A DNA stretch of 64,000 nt, taken from Candidatus Nomurabacteria bacterium (GTDB lineage: Bacteria > Patescibacteriota > Patescibacteriia > HK-STAS-PATE-3). The DNA is taken from positions 96,001 to 160,000 of the forward strand of contig CP060223.1 in assembly GCA_023898465.1 (NCBI GenBank). The letters are read 5' to 3'. This document shows, piece by piece, positions 1-8,046 of the stretch. Numbering within the stretch: the stretch's first letter is position 1; every line of letters begins with the position of its first letter. The notes under the pieces are model-generated. The model made no database searches, was not told the DNA's origin, and was given only the letters and a program-made list of their open reading frames with translations. The position numbers and the translations under genes were made by a program.

Positions 1-728
1 TACTACGCCGCAAAGGCGTGGTCAGCATCGTGGTGTTATTGGCTCTGGCGATGAGCTACGGCGTGCTCTTAACTCAACCTTTTCTTTATCAGGCACGTGT
101 GGAGCTGCTTATTATTCAGCAGCAGTCAGAGAATCAAGATTTACTCTCTGCACTTCGCGCCACTGAACAGGTTGGTAAAGGCTTAGTTGATGTTATTAGC
201 ACCAGTTCATTCTTTGATAAGGTGCTGGCAACCGACTTTCCAATTACTGATGATTTCGGCACAAATCCGGAAGAGCGTCGCTTAGCTTGGCAAAAAACTG
301 CCCATGCATCTATTTCTCAGCAATCTGGAATCTTAACAGTCACCGTGCTGCACAAGAATAAAGAGCAGGCAGCGGTGATTGCCCGCGGCGTGGCGCAAGT
401 ACTTACCACCGAGAGTCAAGAGTTTCACGGTAAGGCAAATATCATTGTGAAGGTAGTAGATGATGTCTATACCAAGCAATGGCCTGTGCAACCAAACATT
501 CTTGGTACTACCGTAGCCGCGCTTTTCTTTGGCATCATTGCCGGTGTTGGAATTGTCGCCCTCCTTCCTTTGCCAAAAGCAAAAGAAGCCGCGCCAGCAA
601 TTCGTCGTACTGAAAATGATATGAGTGGAGCAGCGCCAAGTGCGCGAAAGACTTTGCATGAAATACGTATGAAGTCGACTCCGCCTCCGAGCCTACCGGG
701 CATCGATGAAGAGGAAGACGATCTCTAA
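1..728 (+). CDS. Polysaccharide chain-length determinant (Wzz/PCP-like) membrane protein, 5'-partial
   Basis: The reading frame is open to the window edge (frame 3), and the listed start at 18 is GTG. Two hydrophobic segments (VVSIVVLLALAMSYGVLL near the N-terminus, TTVAALFFGIIAGVGIVALL near the C-terminus) flank a soluble domain, as in Wzz-type proteins. The call rests on architecture only. Confidence 0.45.
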   Translation, partial: LRRKGVVSIVVLLALAMSYGVLLTQPFLYQARVELLIIQQQSENQDLLSALRATEQVGKGLVDVISTSSFFDKVLATDFPITDDFGTNPEERRLAWQKTAHASISQQSGILTVTVLHKNKEQAAVIARGVAQVLTTESQEFHGKANIIVKVVDDVYTKQWPVQPNILGTTVAALFFGIIAGVGIVALLPLPKAKEAAPAIRRTENDMSGAAPSARKTLHEIRMKSTPPPSLPGIDEEEDDL

Positions 729-746
729 CACGTCGTGCATTCTCAA

Positions 747-768
747 GGGATGGAAGAGCTTCCATCCC
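747..768 (+). terminator. Hairpin after the Wzz-like ORF (no T-run)
   Basis: A perfect 9-bp stem GGGATGGAA/TTCCATCCC with a 4-nt loop starts 19 nt after the stop codon. There is no U-tract, so terminator function is uncertain. It coincides with the left edge of the GC-rich island. Confidence 0.3.
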
Positions 769-861
769 GGAATGAGTGCGAGACCCGTACTCTGAACGTT
801 GACAATTGAACGTATCAGGACTGGTTCCTGCATACGACGAGATAAACTTGGAGGTTTCCGT

Positions 862-2085
862 ATGCGCTGTTTGACCATGGCGTTGTGCCTTTGGCTCATC
901 TTCGTGGCCAATGCGGCGCATGCAGGTGAGTATCAGAATCTCCGACCCGGTCCGCCGGTGTTGGAGCTGGGTGCGTTTTTCGCATCAACCTTTCCCGAAG
1001 CTCTACCACAGCTGCCAGCTGGCACGGTGGTAGCACACTTCCCGTGTCCGGTGCCGGCGACATTCGTGTTTGCCGATCGGAGTCTCCGCACCTACTCACT
1101 TCCGAGTGAGGCAAAGGTGGTGGCGACGGAGCTGCGTCGGGACGATGGTGGAGCGTACTACCAGTTGCTCTATCTCCTCTCGAATAAGCAGGCGAGCTAC
1201 GCGGAGCGATTCGCGTATCCGATCTGGCTGAATAGCGATCCGGTCTACGTCCCCAACAACACCAAACTCTTGGTATTGGAACGTGGTCCCGAGCAAGCGA
1301 CGGTTGTCACTTCTGCTCCTGTGACTGCGACACCGCAGCAGCAGGGTGAAGCGATCAAGACGACGCCGGTGGTGAGAAACACGCCCGTGTCCTCTGCGCC
1401 ATCGACTGGACGGGTTGAGGGTGAGCACATCATCCATCACCCCTTCATTCGCGGGCAGCTTGATTTGAGGACGGAGTTCCTCGGTGTGAAACCCGAGAAC
1501 ATCTTCACTCATCAAGTGATTCCATCGCTTTGGCTGAACCAACACCTTGGTTTGACCGGACGTTGGGAGCGGCACGAAGCGAAGGATCTCGATCCATCGC
1601 AGGGCTGGGGAGTCGGGCTCTGTTACCGGACAGCTCCTATACATCGATTGTCGGTCGAGTACGCTCGATTGACATTTGGTGAGATGAGTTCGTCCGGGCA
1701 AAGCATTCAGCTCGTGCATTTCGAATCCAGGCTACAAACCTGGTTCCTGCATCACGAGTTGGAAGCAGAGCAGCGGGATAACGACGCGAAGGAAGTTTGG
1801 ACTCGACTACGGTCGGGGCTTGCTTTCCAAGTCGGCTATCGTAGCCGGCTGCAGATGGGCGGAGAGTTAGCTAACCTGAACTACGAACTCGTAGCACAGG
1901 ACGGCTACTACTACGTGTCTGCACTTGGGACGCGCTTCAATCGATCTCACTACGGAGCATTTGCCAGCTTGGATACCCATCTGGGTGATCACTTCCCACT
2001 ACGACTTCTGGTCGGCGGCGGGAAGGGCAGTGTTCCAGAATGGAACTACATCAATGCCGAGCTGAGACTCGGAGTTGATTTCTGA
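862..2085 (+). CDS. Exported protein with C-terminal beta-barrel-like domain ending in Phe (barrel paralog 1)
   Basis: I moved the start to ATG 862 (GGAGG 7 nt upstream), which gives the signal peptide MRCLTMALCLWLIFVANAAHA. An N-terminal domain of about 150 aa is followed by a T/P/S-rich linker and about 220 aa ending ...LLVGGGKGSVPEWNYINAELRLGVDF. It is homologous to 4011..5207. Confidence 0.7.
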   Translation: MRCLTMALCLWLIFVANAAHAGEYQNLRPGPPVLELGAFFASTFPEALPQLPAGTVVAHFPCPVPATFVFADRSLRTYSLPSEAKVVATELRRDDGGAYYQLLYLLSNKQASYAERFAYPIWLNSDPVYVPNNTKLLVLERGPEQATVVTSAPVTATPQQQGEAIKTTPVVRNTPVSSAPSTGRVEGEHIIHHPFIRGQLDLRTEFLGVKPENIFTHQVIPSLWLNQHLGLTGRWERHEAKDLDPSQGWGVGLCYRTAPIHRLSVEYARLTFGEMSSSGQSIQLVHFESRLQTWFLHHELEAEQRDNDAKEVWTRLRSGLAFQVGYRSRLQMGGELANLNYELVAQDGYYYVSALGTRFNRSHYGAFASLDTHLGDHFPLRLLVGGGKGSVPEWNYINAELRLGVDF

Positions 2086-2335
2086 TGTACGAATCCTGGC
2101 CACTTGGTCAGTACTCATAACTCGTCGGGTGGTCAGGAGATCCGTAAGGATTTCTACAAAAGGACCTAAGGGTCCGCGACCTGTGCCGAACGCACACGGA
2201 GGACAACATGCGAAAGCGTGCTCCGCCGACTATCTGATGAGCTTGTGTAACTGACCATGCCCCAATCAACTTGTTTGGGGCTAGGGATTAACCTGCCCCG
2301 ACAACAAAAAATTGGGGCAAGCCAAGGAGGAAGCC

Positions 2336-3625
2336 TTGTTCAAGCTTCGCATCAGCGCGATCTTCGCGCTTCTCATCCTTCTGGGTGCCGGTCTCTATGG
2401 CTGCGCTCAGGAGCCCATCGTGTTCCAGCCCGATCAGGATGTGCCGACCGATCAGCTGCCGGGCGATGGCACAGCCACGCTCAGTCTGCAGATCGGCGGC
2501 GTACCGGCCCAGCACAATGGAGGCGCTTCGAGTGCTTTCATGGTGACCAATACGGTGCAGGTGATCGGCAACATCTTCCTCACCGGTGACCGACTGGACA
2601 CCGAGTGGAAGATGCAGAACTGGAGCAGCGGCGATGTCCAAATCCAGACCATGAACGGTCGTTGGTATTCGGTCGCTCCTTCGGTCGACGGCAACGTCCA
2701 GATCACCAACTTCCTCATCAACGACATCCAGCCGCAGCATTTCGTGCAGCTGGATGAGATGAAGGGGATCTTCGCCCAGGTCAAGCTGTTGCCGGATTCG
2801 TCTGGCTTCCAGTTGTATCAGCTCGAAGACAACCGGGATCAGCTGATGACGGTGCACTACCGAGTCTACGATCCTGCCCCGGCTGACTTCCAGGGACTCC
2901 AGATCGTGGGAACTTCCACGAACTGGAATCAGATGTATCCGGAGGCGATCTACAGCTCCGACTACGGTATCTGGGAGTGGTGGGGTCCGGCGTTGAAGGC
3001 GAGCGGCAACAAGGTCGCTTTCCGGATTCGCGGAAGTGGGGCTCTGCCGACCTCGTATTTGATCACTGCCCAAGGCGAAGTGAACGGTACGCCGGTTGGT
3101 GAAGAGGTCCAGCTCGACTGTACGGAGTTGGTGGAGAACGTGAATACGTACTTCGCCAGCACGACCTGGTTCACCGACCGCGGTTGGTTGGCTGGGAAGC
3201 GAGTCTACCGACTCATCATCCACGAAGATGGTGGTATCGAACAGGGATGCGGAGGCATCCCGATTCAGACGACCATCTCGATCACGAACAACCGCATTCC
3301 GCAGGATCACCACCTGATGTGTGTCTACGACGGCTACAACGACAATCAGCCGTTCGAGATTCCTCGGGTGAGCGGCAAGTGGGAAACCACGCAGATCACG
3401 CTCCATTCTGGTCCGGCGGCTCTGTCGGTCTGGGATACGAGTGACGGAGACAAGCCGATCATCACCACGGTGAAGATCGGCAGCCAGGAAGTGAAGCACC
3501 TCGAAGTGTTTCAGGATCCTGGTTCGGAGCCGACGGTTCACTTCACCTTCGTCCTTGGCGAGGGTCCGACCCTGCAACAGGGGACGGACAATCGCACTGG
3601 TACGATCGGAGGAGAGAACTACTAA
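2336..3625 (+). CDS. Lipoprotein, unknown family (lipoprotein paralog 1)
   Basis: The ORF-track start is TTG 2312. The in-frame TTG at 2336 has AAGGAGG (2324-2330) 5 nt upstream and gives FKLRISAIFALLILLGAGLYG|C (lipobox L-Y-G-C). The segment LQIVGTSTNWNQMYPE...FRIRG loosely recalls E-set/CBM-type glycan-binding domains (unverified). The C-terminus ...QGTDNRTGTIGGENY resembles that of 5222..6385. Confidence 0.7.
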   Translation: MFKLRISAIFALLILLGAGLYGCAQEPIVFQPDQDVPTDQLPGDGTATLSLQIGGVPAQHNGGASSAFMVTNTVQVIGNIFLTGDRLDTEWKMQNWSSGDVQIQTMNGRWYSVAPSVDGNVQITNFLINDIQPQHFVQLDEMKGIFAQVKLLPDSSGFQLYQLEDNRDQLMTVHYRVYDPAPADFQGLQIVGTSTNWNQMYPEAIYSSDYGIWEWWGPALKASGNKVAFRIRGSGALPTSYLITAQGEVNGTPVGEEVQLDCTELVENVNTYFASTTWFTDRGWLAGKRVYRLIIHEDGGIEQGCGGIPIQTTISITNNRIPQDHHLMCVYDGYNDNQPFEIPRVSGKWETTQITLHSGPAALSVWDTSDGDKPIITTVKIGSQEVKHLEVFQDPGSEPTVHFTFVLGEGPTLQQGTDNRTGTIGGENY

Positions 3626-3662
3626 TCGCCAGCCCTGGGAACGCTGACGATTGCACATTCTT

Positions 3663-3712
3663 GCCCCGCCCGCTACAACACTTTGTGTTGAAGCGCGGCG
3701 GGGCTTTCTTTT
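3663..3712 (+). terminator. Rho-independent terminator (island junction 1)
   Basis: The GC stem GCCCCGCCCGCT ... AGCGCGGCGGGGC is followed by TTTCTTTT. Confidence 0.8.
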
Positions 3713-3781
3713 ACCTTGGCAGGATGGAAATGTAACTAGTCTTCAAGTTCTGATGTTTGTTGAAGCAATGTTTCGTAGGGC

Positions 3782-3811
3782 TTGACAAAATAGCACTTTT
3801 CCTGCTAAAGT
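3782..3811 (+). promoter_or_regulatory. Sigma70-like promoter (TTGACA-18-TAAAGT)
   Basis: cTTGACAAAATAGCAC... lies 70 nt after the terminator. It has the same cTTGACAAAAT opening as the promoter at 7944. Confidence 0.5.
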
Positions 3812-4010
3812 TCGCCGTTAACCAATGCGTAAAACCATCTAAAAAACGAACATTTTTACCACAACGACCTTAGTCGTTTGTGCTACTTATGGACATGAAT
3901 GGCTTGAGAAATGCCTAGCATTCCTCAACCGATTCTGGACCGGAAGTACTGCAGTAATTGTCATTCTTTGACAATTGAATTCAGAAGTCATTCTCACAGA
4001 GGAGGGTCTC

Positions 4011-5207
4011 ATGCGGACCTGGTATGTGGTTCTTGCGCTACTGGCGCTCGTCTCCTTTGGGTCCGCTCGGGCCCAGGTCATCGAAATCCCGATCGACTAC
4101 GTCGCGACGGATTCGGTGATTGCGAACTGGCCGCATCTCAACATCGGGGGCAACCCGGTGTACAAGAGCGGCTACCCGGCTGATTCCTTGGCAGTACATG
4201 CTGCTCGGGACGGCTGGTTCAAGACGACCTTCAACTTTCCCGTCGGGATCTACTGTCTCGATAAGGATGGGAAGATCATCAAGGGACGTGTCGAACCCGG
4301 ACAAACCATGAAGAATGGTGCCCGGGCCGATACGCTGATCGTGTCTATTCTAGCTGAGACGCCGGAGCAGACGCTGTATCAGATCCACGTTATTCAGGCG
4401 TGCGGTAACCCCGTGCTCTGGTCAGGCGTCGGTGTGTTGAAAGCACCGAAGCCGACTGGCCCACTGCCGCCGCCAACCCTGACTGTTCCGAAGCCCCCAG
4501 CACCACCTCCCATTGCGGAGACGGAGCCGCCGATCGTAGTAGAGCCTGAAAAACACTTCAGGCTACCGATCGATGGTTGGGCTGGAGTGGCAGGAAGTAA
4601 GTCACTCGAGTCCAAGGCTTGGTCGCTCTTCGAGGGCGTCTACATCGACTTTCCGTTGATCGTGGACAAGCTCACGTTCAAGTTTGGGGCGGCAACGTCT
4701 CAGGCAAACTACGAGAAGCTCCGTGGTCGGACGAGTTACCGAGGTGTTGGCGGCGATATGAGTCGCTGGCAAGTCGGCCTCTTCTACCGGCCTTGGGACA
4801 ACATCCAGGTTACCGGCCTGATTGGTCAGCAGTATGACCATAAGGCTGGCGACTGGCAGGATGGCGTCCAGCTGGAAGGAGTGCTGGGTTTCCCCATCGG
4901 TCGCTGGTGGAACGATGAGGATGTCAGCTACGGCACTACGACCAAAGCACTTTGGTTCCGCACTCGACATGCCTACAAGCTGTCGGGTGAAGGAATGCAT
5001 TGGTGGTCGATCGGCGGCGAGTTTGTCTATGACTCGTTCATGGACAACGATGGTCGATTCTACACTTCGCGCGTTCACGTATTTGGGAAGCGAGAGTTTC
5101 CCGGATTCTGGAATCGCGAGGCTGTCTTCATCTTCGGTGGCGGAAGAGGGAGTAAAGACGAGGCTTGGGGCCTCATAGCAGAACTAGGGCAGCGGCTCTG
5201 GTTCTAG
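4011..5207 (+). CDS. Exported protein with C-terminal beta-barrel-like domain ending in Phe (barrel paralog 2)
   Basis: ATG 4011 follows AGGAGG. The signal peptide is MRTWYVVLALLALVSFGSARA. A Pro-rich linker (PKPTGPLPPPTLTVPKPPAPPP) precedes a C-terminus ending ...FIFGGGRGSKDEAWGLIAELGQRLWF, which aligns with the C-terminus of 862..2085. Confidence 0.7.
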   Translation: MRTWYVVLALLALVSFGSARAQVIEIPIDYVATDSVIANWPHLNIGGNPVYKSGYPADSLAVHAARDGWFKTTFNFPVGIYCLDKDGKIIKGRVEPGQTMKNGARADTLIVSILAETPEQTLYQIHVIQACGNPVLWSGVGVLKAPKPTGPLPPPTLTVPKPPAPPPIAETEPPIVVEPEKHFRLPIDGWAGVAGSKSLESKAWSLFEGVYIDFPLIVDKLTFKFGAATSQANYEKLRGRTSYRGVGGDMSRWQVGLFYRPWDNIQVTGLIGQQYDHKAGDWQDGVQLEGVLGFPIGRWWNDEDVSYGTTTKALWFRTRHAYKLSGEGMHWWSIGGEFVYDSFMDNDGRFYTSRVHVFGKREFPGFWNREAVFIFGGGRGSKDEAWGLIAELGQRLWF

Positions 5208-5221
5208 AAGGGAGATTCCTG

Positions 5222-6385
5222 ATGCGTTTTCTCCGTTTCATGGCCGCTGCGCTGTTGCTGCTCGGTGCCTTCGGGTGCCAGAAGCTCCCCAGCGAGCCGA
5301 TCGACACCGGTGGCAGTCAGCCGCCGCAGGAGTACAACGGACCTGAGTCTGGTCTCGCGCTCAACTTCGAGCGTGGCGCCGGACAATACGAATTCGTTTC
5401 CGACATGTTCATCCATCAGGGTGGCGTGACGGATTGGGCGACTGTAACAGTCAACCCGGATAACTTCTTCCTCACCACCTACGCTGGACACTGGTATAGC
5501 GACATGCTGACCAGGGACGGTGTGCCGGTGCTGGGAGACTACACTCTGGCCGGTTCGACTCCGTCCAACTACTGGATGGATGAGAACCGCGGTGTTTTCG
5601 CGAGCCACATGGTTCTCGTCAGCGACGCTGACAGTGCCTGGGTCTGGCAGTGGCCCTCCAATGCCAGCCAGTTGGTCGACCTCGACATCGAGGTGCTCAA
5701 CTGGTCATCGGCAACGGATCTTGGCGTGGTCGGTACGCCGACGTGTTACGTCGTGCACCCGGCCATGTTGAACCACTTGCATGACAACGTCTACGGACGC
5801 TCGCTACGCCTCCTGCCCGGTGATGCCAAAATCGCTGTGATGGATATGTACGAGCGAGTTGGTCTGGGTGATGCAGTCACGGTCCGTATCAACGGCACCG
5901 AGCTGGTCGCCTACGTCGATGACTTCACGCATGACAACCAGCCGACGGTACATCGTTACTTCCGCTTTCACGTGAACGCGGATGGGACGGTGAGCTCGAT
6001 CGGTACTGAGAACCGATTCTCGTATGGGAACACGGTCTCGGTCAGCAATTCCAATATCGATCCCAGCGCTACGGTGTATCTCAACGGCACAGGCCTCACC
6101 AACGGTGAGATGATGCCGATGACCTATGTCGGCAGCTGGACCTGGCAGCTCACCGGTCTCACGACCTGGGTGGGCGAGCAGGATTTGAGGGTGAGTATGG
6201 AAGACGGGACTGGTGTGTTTCGTACCGTTCGCTTGAACGGAACGGAGTTGCACCACCTGGCTGCCGTGCCGCTCGACCCGGATCCTCCGATCCAGGTCTT
6301 CCGATGCACGCCCATGCATGACCACACGGTGATGCAGGGCGAGGACAACCGGGCCGCTGACATCGGCATGGAGACCGGCGGATGA
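5222..6385 (+). CDS. Lipoprotein, unknown family (lipoprotein paralog 2)
   Basis: ATG 5222 has GGGAG upstream. The signal is MRFLRFMAAALLLLGAFG|C (lipobox). The C-terminus ...MQGEDNRAADIGMETGG resembles that of 2336..3625. Confidence 0.7.
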   Translation: MRFLRFMAAALLLLGAFGCQKLPSEPIDTGGSQPPQEYNGPESGLALNFERGAGQYEFVSDMFIHQGGVTDWATVTVNPDNFFLTTYAGHWYSDMLTRDGVPVLGDYTLAGSTPSNYWMDENRGVFASHMVLVSDADSAWVWQWPSNASQLVDLDIEVLNWSSATDLGVVGTPTCYVVHPAMLNHLHDNVYGRSLRLLPGDAKIAVMDMYERVGLGDAVTVRINGTELVAYVDDFTHDNQPTVHRYFRFHVNADGTVSSIGTENRFSYGNTVSVSNSNIDPSATVYLNGTGLTNGEMMPMTYVGSWTWQLTGLTTWVGEQDLRVSMEDGTGVFRTVRLNGTELHHLAAVPLDPDPPIQVFRCTPMHDHTVMQGEDNRAADIGMETGG

Positions 6386-7869
6386 GCGAAGAAGGTGATG
6401 CGACAAGTCGTGAGGTGCCTCCCCAAGTAAGAGAGGTACTTCGCCAAATGCAACGAGTCGCGAAGAGAGATCGCAAAAAGAAGGCGAAGCATCGAGCCCG
6501 CAGAGAGGAACGGAAAAAACAGGCAAAGGCAAGAGTGAAAGCTCGAACGGGTGAGCAGTCAACAGGTTCTCCAAGGAAAGGAGATGAACCTCGTCGTCCT
6601 GTTCCGCCGCCTCAGCCTGCACCAAGTGCTTCGCCGTCCTACGCATCTCTACTGGGAGATAAGCTTGGGGGAATTCCTCAAGTAAGACGAAATCCGAAGA
6701 GAGCAGAAACAAACCTGGGAGGCTCGCCGAGCTTCCCCCAAGATGAGGAGGGTCATGTAATGCCCGAGGTGTCCATGCGCGAAGAAGGAGGATCGAGGAA
6801 GCTTTTGATTGCCACTGTGGCGATCTTGTGCGTCCTCTTGGTCGGGGTGCTGATCTACACGCATCCCTGGAGTCCTCAGCAAGGTCTGACGGAGACCGAG
6901 GTGTCGGATATGATCAGGGAGTTCGCTGATCAGATGCCGGCTCCGGTCGCTGAAATCCCCGATGACGTGGTACGCAAGGGTGACCTTGCTTCGATGCAGC
7001 CGGCGGCGATCACTCTCAGCGCTTTCGACGAGACCTATCTCGATACGCTGTGGGCGACGGTCAAGGATCCGGTGACCGGGAAGATCGACTCGACGATGGT
7101 CGTGAAGACCCGGACGAGGAATCCCATCACTGATTTGCAGAAGGACGTGAAGAGTACCAATGCCGAGGCTCGTGCAGCCAAGGTTGCGGCACGGAATGCG
7201 GAGAAGCGTCTCAAGGAGACGCCGACCCAATTCGCCGTGACCGTGCCTTCGACTTCCACATCGACTTCGCTTCACCAGCCTGGTGGAGTGCAGTTGGGTG
7301 GTACCACGACCACGACGGCGCCTGTGCAGATGACGACTCGAACGAGTACGCAAGCCGGGCTGGTGGCTGGTACGATCGGAGGTGGTTCGCCGCCCCCGCC
7401 GCCGGCTAGCAACGTCGCTGTGTCCATGACTACCACGATGGTTCCGGCCGGTGAACAGGTGATGGGTGGGGACGGCTTGATGAAGCAGGGTCCGGCCGTT
7501 GCCTTTGTCTACAACGGTCAGACCTACGTTCGTCGGGATCTGGTGCAGCGCAACAAGTACGGCGACCCGATCAACCCCAGTCGAGCTGACCAGAACTTCT
7601 ACGTGATGGCCGGCGAGCAGGGGATGAACTGGAAGCTCGTCAATCCGGCCAAGCAGAAGATGACGGTCCAGGGCGACTATTTGGTCTGGCCTGGCGTGAT
7701 CAAAGGTCCTTTCCAGGTCGGCTGGGTGGATCCGAACGACCCGGCCTACATGCCTGAAAGTGGCGTAGTCTGGGCTCCGATCGCTGAGTTCTACTCCGGC
7801 TACGACGGGACCTTCTGTCGTGACCCCGACTATCAGTTGAGGGCTGTGGCGATCCAGCAGATGCCGTAG
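6382..7869 (+). CDS. Single-pass membrane protein with highly basic N-terminus and C-terminal domain shared with 8047..9225
   Basis: The ATG overlaps the upstream stop (ATGA). The N-terminal ~130 aa are Lys/Arg/Pro-rich (KKKAKHRARREERKKQAKARVKAR). There is one TM segment, LLIATVAILCVLLVGVLIY. A conserved C-terminal domain spans 7465-7866. Confidence 0.65.
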   Translation: MSEEGDATSREVPPQVREVLRQMQRVAKRDRKKKAKHRARREERKKQAKARVKARTGEQSTGSPRKGDEPRRPVPPPQPAPSASPSYASLLGDKLGGIPQVRRNPKRAETNLGGSPSFPQDEEGHVMPEVSMREEGGSRKLLIATVAILCVLLVGVLIYTHPWSPQQGLTETEVSDMIREFADQMPAPVAEIPDDVVRKGDLASMQPAAITLSAFDETYLDTLWATVKDPVTGKIDSTMVVKTRTRNPITDLQKDVKSTNAEARAAKVAARNAEKRLKETPTQFAVTVPSTSTSTSLHQPGGVQLGGTTTTTAPVQMTTRTSTQAGLVAGTIGGGSPPPPPASNVAVSMTTTMVPAGEQVMGGDGLMKQGPAVAFVYNGQTYVRRDLVQRNKYGDPINPSRADQNFYVMAGEQGMNWKLVNPAKQKMTVQGDYLVWPGVIKGPFQVGWVDPNDPAYMPESGVVWAPIAEFYSGYDGTFCRDPDYQLRAVAIQQMP

Positions 7870-7897
7870 TCCGCGACTGCAACGTTCTTTACTTCAA

Positions 7898-7936
7898 CCC
7901 CCGCTATATCTACGGATGTAGCGGGGCTTTCTTTTT
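7898..7936 (+). terminator. Rho-independent terminator (island junction 2)
   Basis: The stem CCCCCGCTA ... TAGCGGGG is followed by CTTTCTTTTT. Confidence 0.8.
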
Positions 7937-7943
7937 ACTATGC

Positions 7944-7972
7944 TTGACAAAATGCCAAAAATAGCATACTAT
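7944..7972 (+). promoter_or_regulatory. Sigma70-like promoter (TTGACA-17-TACTAT)
   Basis: cTTGACAAAATGCC... sits immediately after the terminator. Confidence 0.55.
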
Positions 7973-8046
7973 AGCCGGTTCTTTTTGCACCTCACAATCT
8001 AGTTACACAAGCGAGAGACACTACACATCCCAACCGGGAGGACTAC

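Noticed and set aside
1096-7353. Long antisense ORFs in the GC-rich island: 1096..1719, 2288..3658 (456 aa), 5804..6712 and 6649..7353, all on the minus strand.
   Set aside because: High-GC DNA produces long stop-free shadow frames. The translated sequences are Arg/Pro/His-rich and of low complexity. The plus-strand ORFs have RBSs, signal peptides or lipoboxes, paralogy, and flanking terminators and promoters.
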